A stretch of DNA of 64,000 nucleotides from Iphione sp. A-MEVVRFRX5 (Eukaryota), in contig OZ320315.1 in the NCBI GenBank assembly GCA_976226885.1, positions 51,708,001-51,772,000 of the forward strand, written 5' to 3'. The notes under the pieces are model-generated. The model had not been told where the DNA came from and searched no databases. It was given only the letters and a program-made list of their open reading frames with translations. Of this stretch, positions 13,520 to 27,550 are shown piece by piece; positions within the stretch are counted from its first letter, which is position 1; each line of letters opens with the position of its first letter. Position numbers and translations under genes: made by a program.

Positions 13520-14340
13520 AAAAGAAAGACAACAATTTCTGTGGTTGATAGGTCACGACAGTGTTGAAGCGTGGGTGGGCGGGCAGGAGCACGGAACGAC
13601 AGACGGCAGGGTTCCCCTCTAAGGACTCAAGCCGCCACCAGAAACCTCCAGCAAAGGCCGCCCCTTACAGTTGGTCGCACACAACCTCGTGGCTACCTCG
13701 CCATCCCGCAGCGAAATGCCTCTCCAACGATAAACGAGTCATCGCGTGCGTTCGGTGTACGTTTGACATGGTTATTTCGCTCACGTTATAAGAACATGTA
13801 CGTCTTTTCCGACTGCCCTACTTATACCAGGGAGGGATTTTTGCTTGTATTTGCCTTTAAGCAAAGTGCTTCATCATAACAATTGTGTTATTGTTGAATG
13901 ATTGTTCAGATAGTATCCTCATCGTTGTCTTAAGTGTATACATCCTTCGTGATCCTATATTTAAAGCTGAATTTACTTAATCAGTCACCAAATTCTAGGT
14001 CAGATAAAATAAACCGAACGTCATTAAACTTCAAACTCATCATATTTTTATTTAAATATATTATTCACGCCCATATCAGATCTATATATGCACTATATGA
14101 AAACATTCCATTGATTGGCTACGGGAGCCAGAGTCAGCGAGTCATGTGTATTCCCGGGGCTGTCTAGTAACACTCGAGGCGCCATTGGCGTCAACGGTAC
14201 CAGCAATGGCGGCGCCAGAGCGTCAGGCGTGCCGCCGGTGATCGAGAGCTGGCTCTTGGGGAAGTTGTATCCTAGTGCCTGATGCGTAATGAGCGCCTCC
14301 ATGTTGCGTCCTCTCCTGTCATACTGCCAAGCTGGCACGG
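13520..14340 (-). pseudogene. Decayed LRR relic with LRRCT start
   Basis: LITHQALGYN, PLTPMAPRVLLDSP (14093 ORF); AAFAGGFWWRLESLEGNPAVCRSVLL at about 13660-13585. Confidence 0.5.
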
Positions 14341-14949
14341 TTAATGATCAGCCAGCAACGTCGCATGGCACGTGCCTATATTTTTCTTTCATTTCATTGG
14401 CACCATTATTAAGGGAGACGGGGAGGTCATACATGTGAAATGCTATTTATGATATACGTATGTGAAGGTTAATGCCTCTTGTCGAGGAGGCATTAACCTC
14501 CCTGGTGGCCAGCCATGTTCTGTTTGTTGATTCCGCAGATATCACTTTTGAAACCTTCCAATGACAAAGAATTAATTCCAATCACAAACGAATAAATAAG
14601 CTTCATATAGTCCAGTGCCCCTACTTGTGCCAGTGTCAATATAGTACAGCATTCCTATATTGCTCACAGGCAGCCACTGTGGTGCATACGTGAGCTAACG
14701 TAATGAATGATATCAACGAAGAAAAAAACACGTTAGGACTGCCGAGCAAGCAGCCCTGAATTCTATCTAGTTTCATTTTTCTTTGTGATACTCTTCCAAA
14801 GTAAATCTGTGCATGCCCTTATTGTTTCATTGTTTTGTCGGTTGATCCTTACTGGAGGGTATATCGCAGACTTTCAAGGTTGGGAGGGTGGGCAGTTGTC
14901 TCGGCGATAAGTGCAGCCTTGCTTGCCTGAACCCACGGGCTACAATCAC

Positions 14950-16030
14950 GTAACGACTCGCTCGTGTGACACATGATGTTAGAGGTCTTCCTCACAGGTA
15001 AATGTGGGTTGTTGTATGATCAGGCCAATAGCCCCTTTCCAAGAACGCTCACGTCTGTTTCAGGACCATAACTTGCTGACGTCAATACTTGTACAGCAAT
15101 GAAGCGCTCTCTATCTGTTACCGTCCATATCCACAGGTAATTTACTGGGTTTACTCAAGATCACTAGTAGGATGCCAACAACGCCTCATGCTTTCCGATA
15201 GTATCTACTCGCTTATTCGTATGGGCCTGCTTCCACACAAAGGCAGATCGATTAGCTATTTTGCGTCAATATAATTTGATTATAGATGTCATCTGTTGTC
15301 CAATTGGATGCCTATCCAAGCCATGGCAAGCCCAAAGTGCGATTACTTTGGTAGGAATGTGTAACTGGCGTTAAGTATGCATGTATTGGCTTCTTCATAG
15401 GATCTCAGCTCTCGGATTGCTAATAACCTTACAGTGTATACCATATAATGTGCATACTCAGTCTTGTTTCATTCATATAACCGGCATATTTACTACTAAC
15501 CACTTCGTTCAAATTGTGCAAATAATACCTTTTACATGTATATACAAAAGATGGCTCAATGGAAACCTATAAACCTTAGAAACATTGCAGGTGCACATAT
15601 ATTCCCGGTGTAATAAGACATATTTGTCAGGTTATACTATCAAGCAAACTTTCCTTGTCACTAACAAACCAAGACTTCACTGCAAATGCAGTCTCCGGTA
15701 GGGAGCCCTTCTGTTTTCTCACCGAAAGGGATTGCTGCATACGCAACGGTGGATAATGCTGTGGAGGGCACAGTCGATATTCAAGTTTCGTCAGTGCTGC
15801 ACGCGACCACCACAAATCACCCCGTGGTTAAATCTAAGGAATGCCCTGGGATGAGGCTTTACTGTAGACCAAGTAATTCTATAGATCCTTATTGGGCTTT
15901 CATCGTAACGGAACCTAGGCAGTATCTGATCCTGGGAATCGCCCTATGCAGTCGCAGTGATCTAGACAATGTAACAGTACACTGGAGTTGGTTTCCACAT
16001 GCGGTATCATCTCTATGGGGGGTCAGCTAA
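14950..16030 (+). pseudogene. Decayed LRR relic
   Basis: ISALGLLITLQCIPYN...KRWLNGNL (15381 ORF); TNKPRLHCKCSLR; Ser/Thr-rich tail. Confidence 0.4.
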
Positions 16031-16519
16031 TTCGCCATCAAAGTGCAATGCTGTGTTTATGGTCCCTTCGGGTGTTGACCCCTAGCGAACGTATGAGTTA
16101 CATCGTACCTAAACTCATCTATTATTTTAAATGTAGTTAGTAGTATGTATAAAAGGGGATCATTGGCTTATGCCCAGAAATGCGAAAGTGCACGTTTTCA
16201 AAAGTACACGCACATAAGAAAGGAAATAAGTTCTAAGAAACAGAAATAGGTTACTATCATAATACTCGTGCTCACAGCAATATTTTAAAACTAGGTTTAT
16301 TATTTATGGAGAGTGTAGAATACACTGATCCAGTTGTCAGGGAAAGCTATAGTGTTTTAGACGCTTGTTTACAATGGGCTTCTCCCTCCTCCCTTGCATG
16401 TCTTGCGTGTCAGGGCGGAGTAAAAGTGGGATAGACACTAAAAACGACGAAGACAGCGCGTCAACACACTCCACATAGATGTTATTAGTACATGAAGGGC
16501 ATCTAGGGGGCTTTGTTAT

Positions 16520-17120
16520 GGTATGGACTCTAGGAATGCCGATTCACGTGCAAAAGATATATTGTTTGATGATTGGAGAACAGTGAAAGCTGAGTTTACA
16601 AAGCAATACGCTTCTGTAGTCGCTGAACCGCCAGATGTTTCCTCACGGCCCAAGGCGCGGGTGGTACAGGTGCTAAGAAGGGTCAGTTTCCTGAACGGTC
16701 TTTAATATTCATCGCATCTATGGTGCAACCTAACCTTTGGTGGACCCTTTTCCCGGGCGGACCCTGGCTGCATGGTAGTCGCTTTGAGCTGCAGTGTGCG
16801 CAGTAGCACGCCAGAACGTTCAGCCGTGCATACATCACGTTTGCTCCCAAACACATTCATCGCACTACTAACCAAACCTGTAAGTGTCGGACCCTGTTTC
16901 TCTATGTTAGCGGATGTACCCATCCGGAAGGGTGTTAATTCAACCCAAGCTGGAATTTTTTTTGCACATTAGCCTTCCCCAGCCGAGGGAGAACATCACT
17001 ATGCGCCAATACTCTGTGCGTGCAAATAGTTACAAATGGCGGAGATGGCACTTTTTCGAAGGGCAAGTCCCCGTGGAGATCAACCCAGTCGGCGGCACCG
17101 CCAGGCCTGTACAGTGAAAA
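16520..17120 (+). pseudogene. Decayed LRR relic
   Basis: EPPDVSS...VLRRVSFLNGL; SRLLPNTFIALL; NSTQAGIFF (ORF track). Confidence 0.4.
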
Positions 17121-17729
17121 AAGTGTACAGCAGTGTACACGCAAAAAATAATGCAGATTATTCCGCCTACATGGATTTTTAATTCATGAAAATACTCATG
17201 ACACAATACATGTTCATTAACCTGTCGATGTAAGTACCGTTTTCATATTACACTTCCATGAAATTGAAAAGCCCCGCAGAAGGTAAAGGCCAATTTGATT
17301 TAGAGAAGGAGGGACAGGAATGTTTTTTTTTTATAATATTATGAATAATACGATGGCTATGGGCGCTTTCTGATACTTTCTCCTTCTTTTAATCAGAAAG
17401 CGCCCTATTGTTATCCAATATAACAGTTGTCGTGGACCCTAAGTGAAGAATTTGCACACTTGATGTCACCCAGTATCCCCAAGGAAAGCGACTCATTTAA
17501 ACAAACTACCTAGAATAACTTTCTTTTACTCCCATACATCCCCACTCTTAAAATATCGTATGTAAAGTACACTGGTGACTGACATATGCTATGAGTATTT
17601 AGGAACCACTGTTCAATCACATAAACAGAATTTTATTTTTACTAGACTGAAGTGTTATGTTTTACTTTCCTTTACGAGTTGGATTTATTTGTTACATAGA
17701 AACTCCTGGCAATAAGGACATTATGAAAT

Positions 17730-18340
17730 TGTCTTATACACACTTCCTGTTAAGACCCATTTTCGGGCTGTTCCGGAAAGATCACCGACTTTTGTCGGTG
17801 TTGGTTCGTCCTCCGATCAATACATGCACTGTATGCACAGAATCAATAATGGGTTCATGTGGGCTCATGTTGCTCTGTAAACCATGTATATATCGTTATA
17901 CGTGAACATTACTAATGGGAGGGGTATGTTATGCACAACAGGGGACGCACATTCACCATTGATATTCCCACAATCATAGTCAAAACCTCCCACACTCTAC
18001 ATCAGATTACCTTCATATACCGTGGATAAATTATCCCTATCGAAAATGTGTATCGTCTTATGATCCAAATGCACCGTTTATAACCACTGTGTACGAATAA
18101 TTCTAAGGCCTCGCAAGACGGTGATTGCCAATCATTGATTCCCTTTACTGGCCAAAGATACATGCATGTATACGTACATCCTTGCAGCTGACTAGCCGGT
18201 AAATGGACAGTAAGACACGCCAATAATAGGCCCCTTATGATTGCGATGGCTCAAGGGACTGGCTGATGAATTGCATATCGGACTGGACTTAGAGAGGCCC
18301 TGCTTTCTGGCATTTGCTGAAACGTTGGTTGGTTCTGGCA
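17730..18340 (+). pseudogene. Possible decayed LRR relic
   Basis: RAVPERSPTF; QMHRL*PLCTNNSKASQDGDCQSL. Confidence 0.33.
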
Positions 18341-18699
18341 GTTGTTCTGATGAGTTCGTCCCTAGCCCCAATCAGCTTTTGCCTGCAATTCAATAAGTGC
18401 AGCAGAGGCCCACTGGTGGTATTTTCCCCGTGACGACTTTGGTCTTGGACATTCTTCCACAACCACACCGTCATTAAGACCATTCATGCCAAAGTATTTA
18501 TATATATATATACTACCTACGTGTAAAAATATATAACACGGTATGCACATAGGATTAGGTAGGTTATTATTGACAAAATATGATGGCCTGTGATCGTTGT
18601 TTCGTCCTATTCATAAGGAGAGTTTCATCCTACTGGAAAGTCTTTCAAAATATAATTCAGCACAGTGTCATGCAAGACAGGAATCTAGTACCACCAGCG

Positions 18700-19470
18700 T
18701 TTCCACTCGGAGTTTGGTGCTCAAAACGAAAATCTAACGGCTTCTTGTTCATCTTTGTTCTACTGCAGTAGCTAAACGCTATCTCTTCCAATTTGTCTTC
18801 TCTTCAAAGACCTTCCTCCATTTCGTATCCTTCAAACTAAGTTAGTCTAAACGAGAAGCCGACTGCAACGTACGATACATTTTCATGGCAGATATTACTC
18901 GAAACATTTAGACACCAATGGGTTTGAAAATCAATTCAACTTTTAGGAGAGAGCACTCTCTGCGCCAATGAAGTGTTGCAAATCCTGGCGCTGGTTCAGT
19001 TATTATGAAACTGTTTAAAATTCGGAGAGGTTTCCACTCCGCGTACCTATTTTGAACTGAGCCTGCCAGAAACATTAAACACTAAAATCGATTATATTCC
19101 TAAATGCAACAGCTCACAGCTATTGATGAGGAGCTCACGAGCCACAGAATGTGTTTGGTTGATGATCAGGATGGATAATCATATCATCACTCTGACTAAA
19201 AGACAAGCTTACAGGAGGACTGTTCGATGAGGACTGTAGCCAAGATACTTGTCTGTCGATAGGACCGAGAGTCACAATGATACCAGCCCTGCGCAGTCAG
19301 AAGGAAAACTTGCGGTCCTGTCCTCGTTTTGCCAGCACTCCGCCAGCCTGCCCACACTGGTCTCCGTCCTCCAGTGGTATGCGCAGAATGTCAATGACCA
19401 TCCAATCTCTGGACACAAGTCGCCCGACTCATTCCGGGAGGTGGCAAATCATGTGACGAATGGTGCCTGT
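18700..19470 (-). pseudogene. Possible decayed LRR relic
   Basis: DLCPEIGWSLTFC (LRRNT-like); PSDCAGLVSL*LSVLSTDKY. Confidence 0.38.
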
Positions 19471-20099
19471 GGGTAACACGGGCAAGAATCCTCTTACACC
19501 GCCATCTTTTTTAGCAGTGGCTTTCGCCACGGGTATCGACCGGCAGGCTCAAAACGCACGGCGCATTGCCTCGAATGTATGAATTCCGATGGATTGGTCT
19601 TGATCCTGTGGGCGTGGCTGTCAATATCATACCAAAATGTGATTTCATGTAGATGTCATCCAAAATACGTGTATTGCGAAAGATTTGTCGACAGTTACAC
19701 TAAGATATCAACAGAAGGCTTTCCCAAAAATAATCATATTGCATTTTCATTTTAACTACTGTTTCCTTACATATTGTTTCACCTCGCCACATTGTCTTGA
19801 ATACAAGTAGCTATGTTATACAATTATTGTTCCCTTCAGGTCAGCACTATGAGTCCCTAGCATAAATCATATATAGCGCCAAACCATACACGATCTACTG
19901 GTGACGTTTATGCCGTGCTGTTGCGCAAGTGGAATTTTCGAACTGCTCTTACATGTCCTCTTTTTAAGCGAGTGAATTTCTTTCGAAAGAAGCAGCTTAA
20001 CTAATAGTTATGAGAATGAATACTAATTTATATTATTAAACTAATTTCACCGAAAATCTAATGTGTGTATACACGAAGAACTACGGAAATATTTCTTAT

Positions 20100-21000
20100 C
20101 GCTTGTACGTTCTGTACAGTCAAAATGCTGAATACATGCGCATTAGATATGAATGGTCTTGAAATCGGAAAACATTCCATCATCTAATGTGCAAAAAACA
20201 AAGGATGTTTTCCCATTATCTTATGCGAAAAAAGCAATATGTTTAGAGAACTCAGCATTTTATATGCAGATATTAATGCAAATATGTTCCCAATAGGAAC
20301 TAAATTATGTCTGGAAGTTGGCTGCAAAATCTCCATGTGCCACCTGTCCATTCACACATTTCTTCTCCCCTCTAGTGGTATCTAGGGTGCCATATTGAAT
20401 GTGTTTCTTCTACAGCCTTAAAATATATTTTTTGTTTTACAGATTGATTGTTGACATGAGTGTAGTAAGCTACTAGAAGGTTCTAAATATGTAGGCAGAG
20501 TGTATTTTTTCAACATAAATTGTATAAAGTGAGTTTCTACAAAAATATTTCCTGCGTTCCAAACGATTTACTTTCATTCGTTTCTTCAAGAAAGGTTTGC
20601 AAGAATTTATAACCGTTTATTATGTGACTATCTCCTCCAGGTGTCATAAGCGGAGTTTGCAATACTGGAATATATGCATGTGTCACGATACCAAAGTATA
20701 AATCCCAGATAATGAAAACGAGACTACTTCGAGTTACAAACTGAAATTAATAGGCAGCCGCTCTAAGATTTGATTCTCTCGTATGTGTTTCTTTCACCGT
20801 ATTGCCCGTAGAAATTCTAGAACAAGTTGACCGGTTTGGAAGTTTTCCTATTGTATATGGAAGCCATGCCTACACAATGGAGGAAATGCTTAGCTTTGTA
20901 CGATGCAAAATTCGTTTCCTTTGTCTTCAACTCGAAGAACTTGAACATCACATAAGCGCAACAGCATTAATGAACTGCCCAAAGAGCATGATTAAATAAT
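20100..21000 (+). pseudogene. Possible decayed LRR relic
   Basis: LNTCALDMNGLE; NMFRELSILYADINANMF; LPVEILEQV. Weak match. Confidence 0.28.
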
Positions 21001-21063
21001 ACTTCACTGAGAAAGTATTGACGATAAATGTAATTTGTTTTCTTTTTTCTCCGAGTTTAAAAT

Positions 21064-21254
21064 ATTTGTGCATATTACACGGCCATTAGCTGGCAAGATA
21101 ACATCCTTTGACAAACATAAACTATGCACCAGACGCTGTAGTGGAGCCATATTTGTAGCATAGCCATATTTGTGCATATTGCATTGTCATTATCTGGCAA
21201 GATAACACCCTTTGACACACATAAACTATGCACCAGACGCTCTAGTAGAGCCAT
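21064..21254. repeat. 104-bp tandem duplication
   Basis: TGGCAAGATAACA...CACCAGACGCT at 21091 and 21195. Confidence 0.9.
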
Positions 21255-21319
21255 TCATTTGGCGCAAGCCTATCCTTTTAGCTCCTTTGTTGCATCTAGG
21301 CACCAGCCATCAGACGATC

Positions 21320-22050
21320 ACATGATTAGCTAGCATTAATTACCATCCATGCTCTACGCACACTGCCCCAACGGCATCTTGTTCAGTGATTGATCATCAA
21401 TTATCAGCTGCAATAAGGCGGCGAACTGAACCGTTTGCCTCATGAAAAGGATCATCCATGCCGCACCCACGTTCCTGTAGTGAATGGGAGTGGTCTTCGC
21501 TTAAAACCGAATGAATGTTTTTTTTTTATATATAATTAGCTCAGATTATAGATAGTATCTATCACATAGATTATAGAATAGCACAGCCTAGGTATTATAT
21601 GATTGCTACTTGGACCAGGACATCTATCTATAGATTTTATTATGTTTATTTAATTCGGAGGGCACGAATACACAAATCTTCTTGAGCAGTAAATTCCCCT
21701 GCCGGGAATCTGGGGGAGAAAGAATACGTCATGTTGTAAATATTGAGAAACACTTAGGCTACAAGATATGTATATATAAATACATGTAATACAAAATATG
21801 TAGGTTCACATATAAAAAATGATTCACCAATTGTTTGAACAAGTTATGCTGAGCACAAGTGAAGTTCATTGATTTTACTAAAGAATGCTCCCTGCCGCGT
21901 CAGCGCATTTCTAACCGTCCATCCAACGAATACGGGAGATGAATGAGCCATTTTAGGCCACCCTGGCAAACGTGGTCTCCTCGCTCCAAGGCTTTCATAT
22001 GATTTGTACAAATGATCTTTTTCGACAGGTTGAATGTATTGTGGAAGCAT
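21320..22050 (-). pseudogene. Decayed LRR relic
   Basis: RNALTRQGAFFSKINELHLCSA*LVQTIGESFF; AALLQLIIDDQSLNKMPLG. Confidence 0.55.
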
Positions 22051-22519
22051 CTCGTTCCTTTAAATCAGGACTGTCATAAATATTTTATATCAATTATTTG
22101 AATCCGAACCACAATGGCGCTCACCAAATTGGAATAAATCGCATTGTTTTGACACCGACTGAAAGAGTGAATTATTGAGACAAATTTCCAACCAAATTTG
22201 GTTACATTACGACATGAGAACATTTTCTTAACCAGGCACAAATGCTGGATAAACTGTCAAATATAGTTTATACGCCCTGATCCTTCGCTCTCATTTCTCC
22301 TTTCTCTTTCAGAGAATGGCTCAAAGTATTTCTGATCTGACTGACCGAGCTAGTAAACATTATAAACATAACGCCCGAATGCTGGAATAGTGTGGATGAG
22401 ACCGCGCCACCATCGTTATTTATTCATTATTATATTGTTTGTGTCCTGTTTCCACCATTTATATGTTAGTTAACGTTCCAAAATTATCCAGACGAGTTTT
22501 ACAACTTTTTAACTCCAAC

Positions 22520-23330
22520 ATCAACTCATGACATAAGACAGCCTTTCCAAAATCACTGCCTGAGGCTGCGCACCTTAGACTTCCCTGATTAAAGGTGCCT
22601 TCAAATATCGTCCCTGCCTTCCTCCTAAGAAAATTGAAGCTTGCATGTCATGTTGTTTGATTTGGTAGGTAAAGCTGCAGGTTGATCAGCTCCTGTTTTC
22701 TTTCAACCATACGGGGTATAACAAAACCTAGATACGGTATATAACTATTGTAAGAAAAAATGCGTGCAAACGTTATCTAACTATAGTAAGAAAGAATGTA
22801 TGCACGCCTTGCTTCCAGCATGGCAATCCATTTAATTTTGGCTTGTAATTCGCATATTTCTATCTTCATGTAGTCATCCTATATTAGGATCAAAAATAAT
22901 GTTTACAGCCCTATTGCAGATACTGAAAAGTTTGCTGGGCAGCTGGTCCCTGATTCCCAGTAAGAATCCCATCTCAGATCAGCAAGTTACAACTTAAAGG
23001 ACAGACGAGGGGATAACTGGAGAGGTATCAGCAATATAATGAGCCCATCATTCTCCCTAGGTATCATGTGGAAAGATAACATAGTTTCAGGCACCCTTAA
23101 CATTCAAGTAACACTCTGACTTGAATCCTACCTCAAAAGTTCCAAATGTCCACTGCTGTAGTTTTATCAATTCTTCACAGAAATCTCTGATAATTTGGGT
23201 GCATAATCCTTCGTACGTAGCTATACATATGGCAAACCATTTTCTCCTATATTTTAGAGCTTTGCAGCTGCCTGCGAAAGCTCACCCTCTATCTTCAGTT
23301 TGTCAGCTCTGCCATATACAGGTTAAGGGA
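22520..23330 (-). mobile_element. Highly degenerate LINE RT C-terminal relic
   Basis: Broken frames: DFCEELIKLQQW, LPSKLFSICNRAVNIIF (cf. KLQRIQNRALRII), LQAKIKWIAMLEARR. Confidence 0.5.
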
Positions 23331-23449
23331 GACACCATTCACTGATTGCTTGCTACTACAGCACCTGTCGACGTTTCTTCCCAAAAAGCAAAACACAACT
23401 CGTTGTAACCGCAGAATCGATGGGTCCATCACCTGGAGAAGAGGGACGA

Positions 23450-23910
23450 CACAGTTATCGTAAGGTTGCGAGATTTACAGAGGACAGTTCATACTTCTTG
23501 TATGAGAGCTGAAAACTTCTAGGGCGGCATTACATGACAAGATGGATGGCCTGATATTACTTGAAGTTACTATGAAGTTGTATGCTAGCTACATAGTAGT
23601 AAACATGAAGAGATTCCGGTTGGGATAGTTGCTAGAGGAAGTCCAGGGCAATATATTTCCACTGGTAATAGTCCAGTGGCAATATTCCGGTGGCATTATT
23701 TCTGGTGGCTTCACTAGGGGTACAGACGTGTATATAAGGACAATGCTGCTGCTGTTGTCAGTCAGTTGTCATTTGGACTTCGTTAAACAAATATTGAGAC
23801 AGCAGCTTATGGTTGACCATTTTACTTCTATAAAACATTACTACAACATATGGATTTGTGCATCACCTCTCAGGTCTTCCCCTTGCAGCCTCTATCTCAC
23901 CAATTAAAAA
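23450..23910 (+). pseudogene. Decayed LRR relic with LRRCT-like end
   Basis: LHSSKHEEIPVG; GIISGGFTRG; IWICASPLRSSPCSL (23629 ORF). Confidence 0.45.
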
Positions 23911-24379
23911 GCAAAACAAAATATACCTACATGAACCTTCTTGAATATATGGTTTGAAAAACAAATATGTAATGTTTTTGTTCTAATAAATTTTCAAAAC
24001 ATTTTATTTCAGTTGAAATGAATAAGGGCCATTTAATCCTAACGTGTCCACTTGCCCTACAACAGATACATCAGTCCAAATATGACAATACATTAAAAGC
24101 TTTCACTAACCGCAACTTATTTACAATACTGAATTTGATAATGAACATTTTCTGATGATAATGCAGTATGGTTCAATGATGAACTGAAGACACCTAAGTC
24201 TGACACAACATCTAGCACTGAATAATGTACCTGTTATTCACAATATTTTAGATGATATCGATGATACAAATGATACACATGATCCAAATGCTGCAAATGA
24301 TACAAAAGACATGTACCACGTTCTCAACAGTTATCTCTTTCATTTTAATGTTAGATATATCTAATGTACTCTCCTGTTT

Positions 24380-26650
24380 ACTTTCCATTTCCTAGTATAT
24401 GTTTGCATGAGATAGTGTTTCAGCTTTCTTTTAAATTTATTCTTCTCCAAAAATACTTCCACTCTCCCTTTACATTGTTCCACCTTACAACTGCTATGTA
24501 AATATTGCCATTCTCAAATCTTTCTCTCTTTGGTCTGCTTATCCTGTTTTTTAACCTATTTCTCATTTTCCCATCCTCCAGTGTAGTGTATCCCTATTCC
24601 CGCCTTTTTACCTTTTGATAAGTTGTTAACACTGCTTGCTTCTCAGCTTCATAATGTAGGGGTAATATACCTTTGCTTATACAGTATTCTTCTGTTTCTC
24701 TACTCCCTTTAACAGTACAGATTTGATACAATTGGTTCACTTGTTTCCTTACCGCCTTCTACCCTTCACTTTTACTATTATGAAGCATCTGACAGTTGTA
24801 ACGTAGCATGGGAACTAGGTTGGTTCGACATGTCCTCATAGCACTTGCATATGATATATACTCGTTCTCCTAAATAGGTAAATCTTCACTGCCGTTTTCC
24901 TCCGTAATTGTTGAGAATGCACATAACCCGTCAGTCGCTCATCAATAACAAAACCCAGGTAGTTATATGACTCACTCTGTAACATTCCTTCGTTGCCAAT
25001 TCTTACACCATTGTATTCTTGTCCTTTTGCCCCTCCCTTCTAGCAGTTCTTTATTTAGGCATATCTTCTTCTTTCTACACCACATATAGACTTTGTTTAG
25101 TTCCTCATTATTTGTCTTCTCACTCGCCTCAGCCCGGGTATTGTAACCCCTACTAATACTGAGTCATCGGCATACAAGACCATTTGCCCTGCATCAAGAA
25201 CAGCAGGAGGCCTATAGTCTCCCCTGGGGGATGCCACATGAAATCCCTTGTTGCTTTTACACCACTCTATTAACCTTTACTGATTGTATCTCATAATACC
25301 CACAAAAACTGCCAATCCCATTATTCTCATTTTATAAATAATGATATCATGATGAACAATGTCAAATGCTTTACTAAAATCTAGATACCAAGCTGTCACC
25401 TTTAGTCCATTATTAACATAGCATATACCTTATCTGTCAGTGATATTATGTTATCCCCCGTAGATCTCCCTAGTCTAAACCCATACTGACTGTCGTACAA
25501 TAGGTTGTCATCCTCCAGCTATGCTATCAACTTTTCATACAGAACTCTTTCTAATACCTTACTTGATTATGATCAGTACACTTACTGGCCTATAATATCC
25601 CTTCCCTTTTTTATTCCCTCCCTTGTAAATATGCGTAACTTTAGCATTTTTCACCCACTGGAAATTTCTTTTGCTGTAGGCATATCTGTATCAACCCTGT
25701 GAACTCCTTACTTAGAACTAGTAGTGCATCCAGGTACATTTCTGTTTTTGTATTGTCAATGCCAGCGCTTTTGCCATTCTTTATTTTTTTCCTCAGTGCC
25801 TTAACTACTTTTACCTCATCTACAGTTCGTAGTCTCACCCCTAAGTTCGCTACATAGGTCAGTGGTGGTGGGTCCCCCATCCTATTTTGGATCATACTCG
25901 CTATATTACTAGAAGATTACGTAGACACTCTGCTACTTCAGCCCCTTTTAATTCCTGTCCCCCTTCTTTACAACTACCTGTTCTTTTTTGCACTTCTGCA
26001 TACCCAGCGCCCCTCTTACCATGGCCCAATAGTTCTTACCTGAACCTGAGTTATCCCTAAATAACCTTTCCATTTGATTCTTCCTATCCTTCATCCATAG
26101 ATTGCTCACATTCCTGATCTCCTTCTGTACCCTCTTCCAACTGTCCTCATTTTTCACCTGGCTATGCATAGCTTCCTATCTTTGCATATGTGCATGTCAT
26201 ACTCGGAAGGACTCTCTCCTTTCCTTTCACTCAAATTTCCTTCTAATACAGGACATAATTCATTGATCACCCTCATTATTTCCAAATGGAAGAGTTCCCA
26301 TTTCTCATCCACCCCCTCTAATTGTTCCATAACCTCCGAGTCAAATTCACGCAAAATTCTACTTAATAGCGCCTTATCATACCTCCTATTGTCCCTAATC
26401 TCTATCCTCTCCATCTCCTTCTTGCCATTACTGTCCTTATAATCTAACCAGATTAAATGGTGATCACTTGTATCTAGATCCATCAGCCCCGATAATAATT
26501 CACAAAATATAATTCTGTCATGGAACCACCTAATCTAGTGGGGTGAGTTATTTCCTGTATTTGTTGTCTTAGACCGAACGTCGTAGCTAAGTGCATGAGG
26601 TCAGTATTTTAGACCTTACCCCTACACCATTTATATTATATTACTGAAGT
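24380..26650 (-). mobile_element. Degenerate CR1/L2-group LINE ORF2 (APE endonuclease C-terminus plus RT)
   Basis: QQIQEITHPTR and SDHHLIW (endonuclease); KNGKSAGIDN, YDSQYGFRLGRST, CGIPQG (about 25220-25238), VLYADDS (YADD at 25174-25163); many stops and frameshifts. Confidence 0.85.
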
Positions 26651-26749
26651 TGCATCCAGTGAGTGAGCATCGTGAAACGATTATGGCCTGGAAATAACAA
26701 AAGTATTGAGATCTGGAAAGAAACTGGAGCATTGTACAATATGGTATAA

Positions 26750-27550
26750 CCTTCCCAGTGAAACTAAAGACATTAGAAAGGTATGTGCTTTGGCTGATCC
26801 AATTCAGTTTTCCTCTGTCTGTATAAATGACTCTGGTATTTAATTGTGAAGAGAATGCGAACAGAGTGTTTCAATTCAGGGAAGTAATCCTCCGGGAGTT
26901 GGAGGTCGACTCCGTTCAATGGCGCTAAATGTCAGCCATCAAAACGAGAACCTTTTACTGTGGAATCCCCTACGTAAATTGAATAGGCGCGATTTCCCAA
27001 CCATTTAGTTCTGTTAGATCGTAAGCTCACTGCCTGCAGAGGAATGGCTGTAAATCATTTTATGGGGAATCCCACTCAGGAAAATGCACCACACCTCTGT
27101 GGTAGATGTGGCCAGTGTGGCAGGTGACTAATTACTGAGGATTTCACCATCCCCTCCGTTAAATTTAGTGTTGCTTGGGAGAAAGCAACGCTGCCATCTC
27201 TGAATAAGGAGCAGATTACTTGCATTTGCTTGGAGTGCCAAGGTCTTCAGGACTTAAGGCACTCGGGCTCGTTGTTCGGCCAAACGGTGACTGTAAGACG
27301 GAGTATCTGGGAAAATGGCGGCAAGCTTCAGGAGACAACAACTCAGGAAACAACAAAAAGATCAATAAATTAATCATCTCCATGCTCTCTTATATCTGTA
27401 TGGTTATCAAATGGTGCAACAGAGGAACTGCTGGCATTACATAAGACCGCCTGGCAGGAGATCAGGTCAAACAGGATATGGACAATTCGCACTGTAATCA
27501 ACCTTTCTCTTGCTTACGACAGCAACCTAACAAAACCAGTAGGCCCAAGC
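26750..27550 (+). pseudogene. Decayed LRR relic
   Basis: MSAIKTRTFY; QITCICLECQGLQDLRH; QEIRSNRIWTIRTV. Confidence 0.55.

Noticed and set aside
19480-19510. KKDGGVR reverse-transcriptase-like motif on the minus strand
   Set aside because: No further RT motifs follow in any frame.
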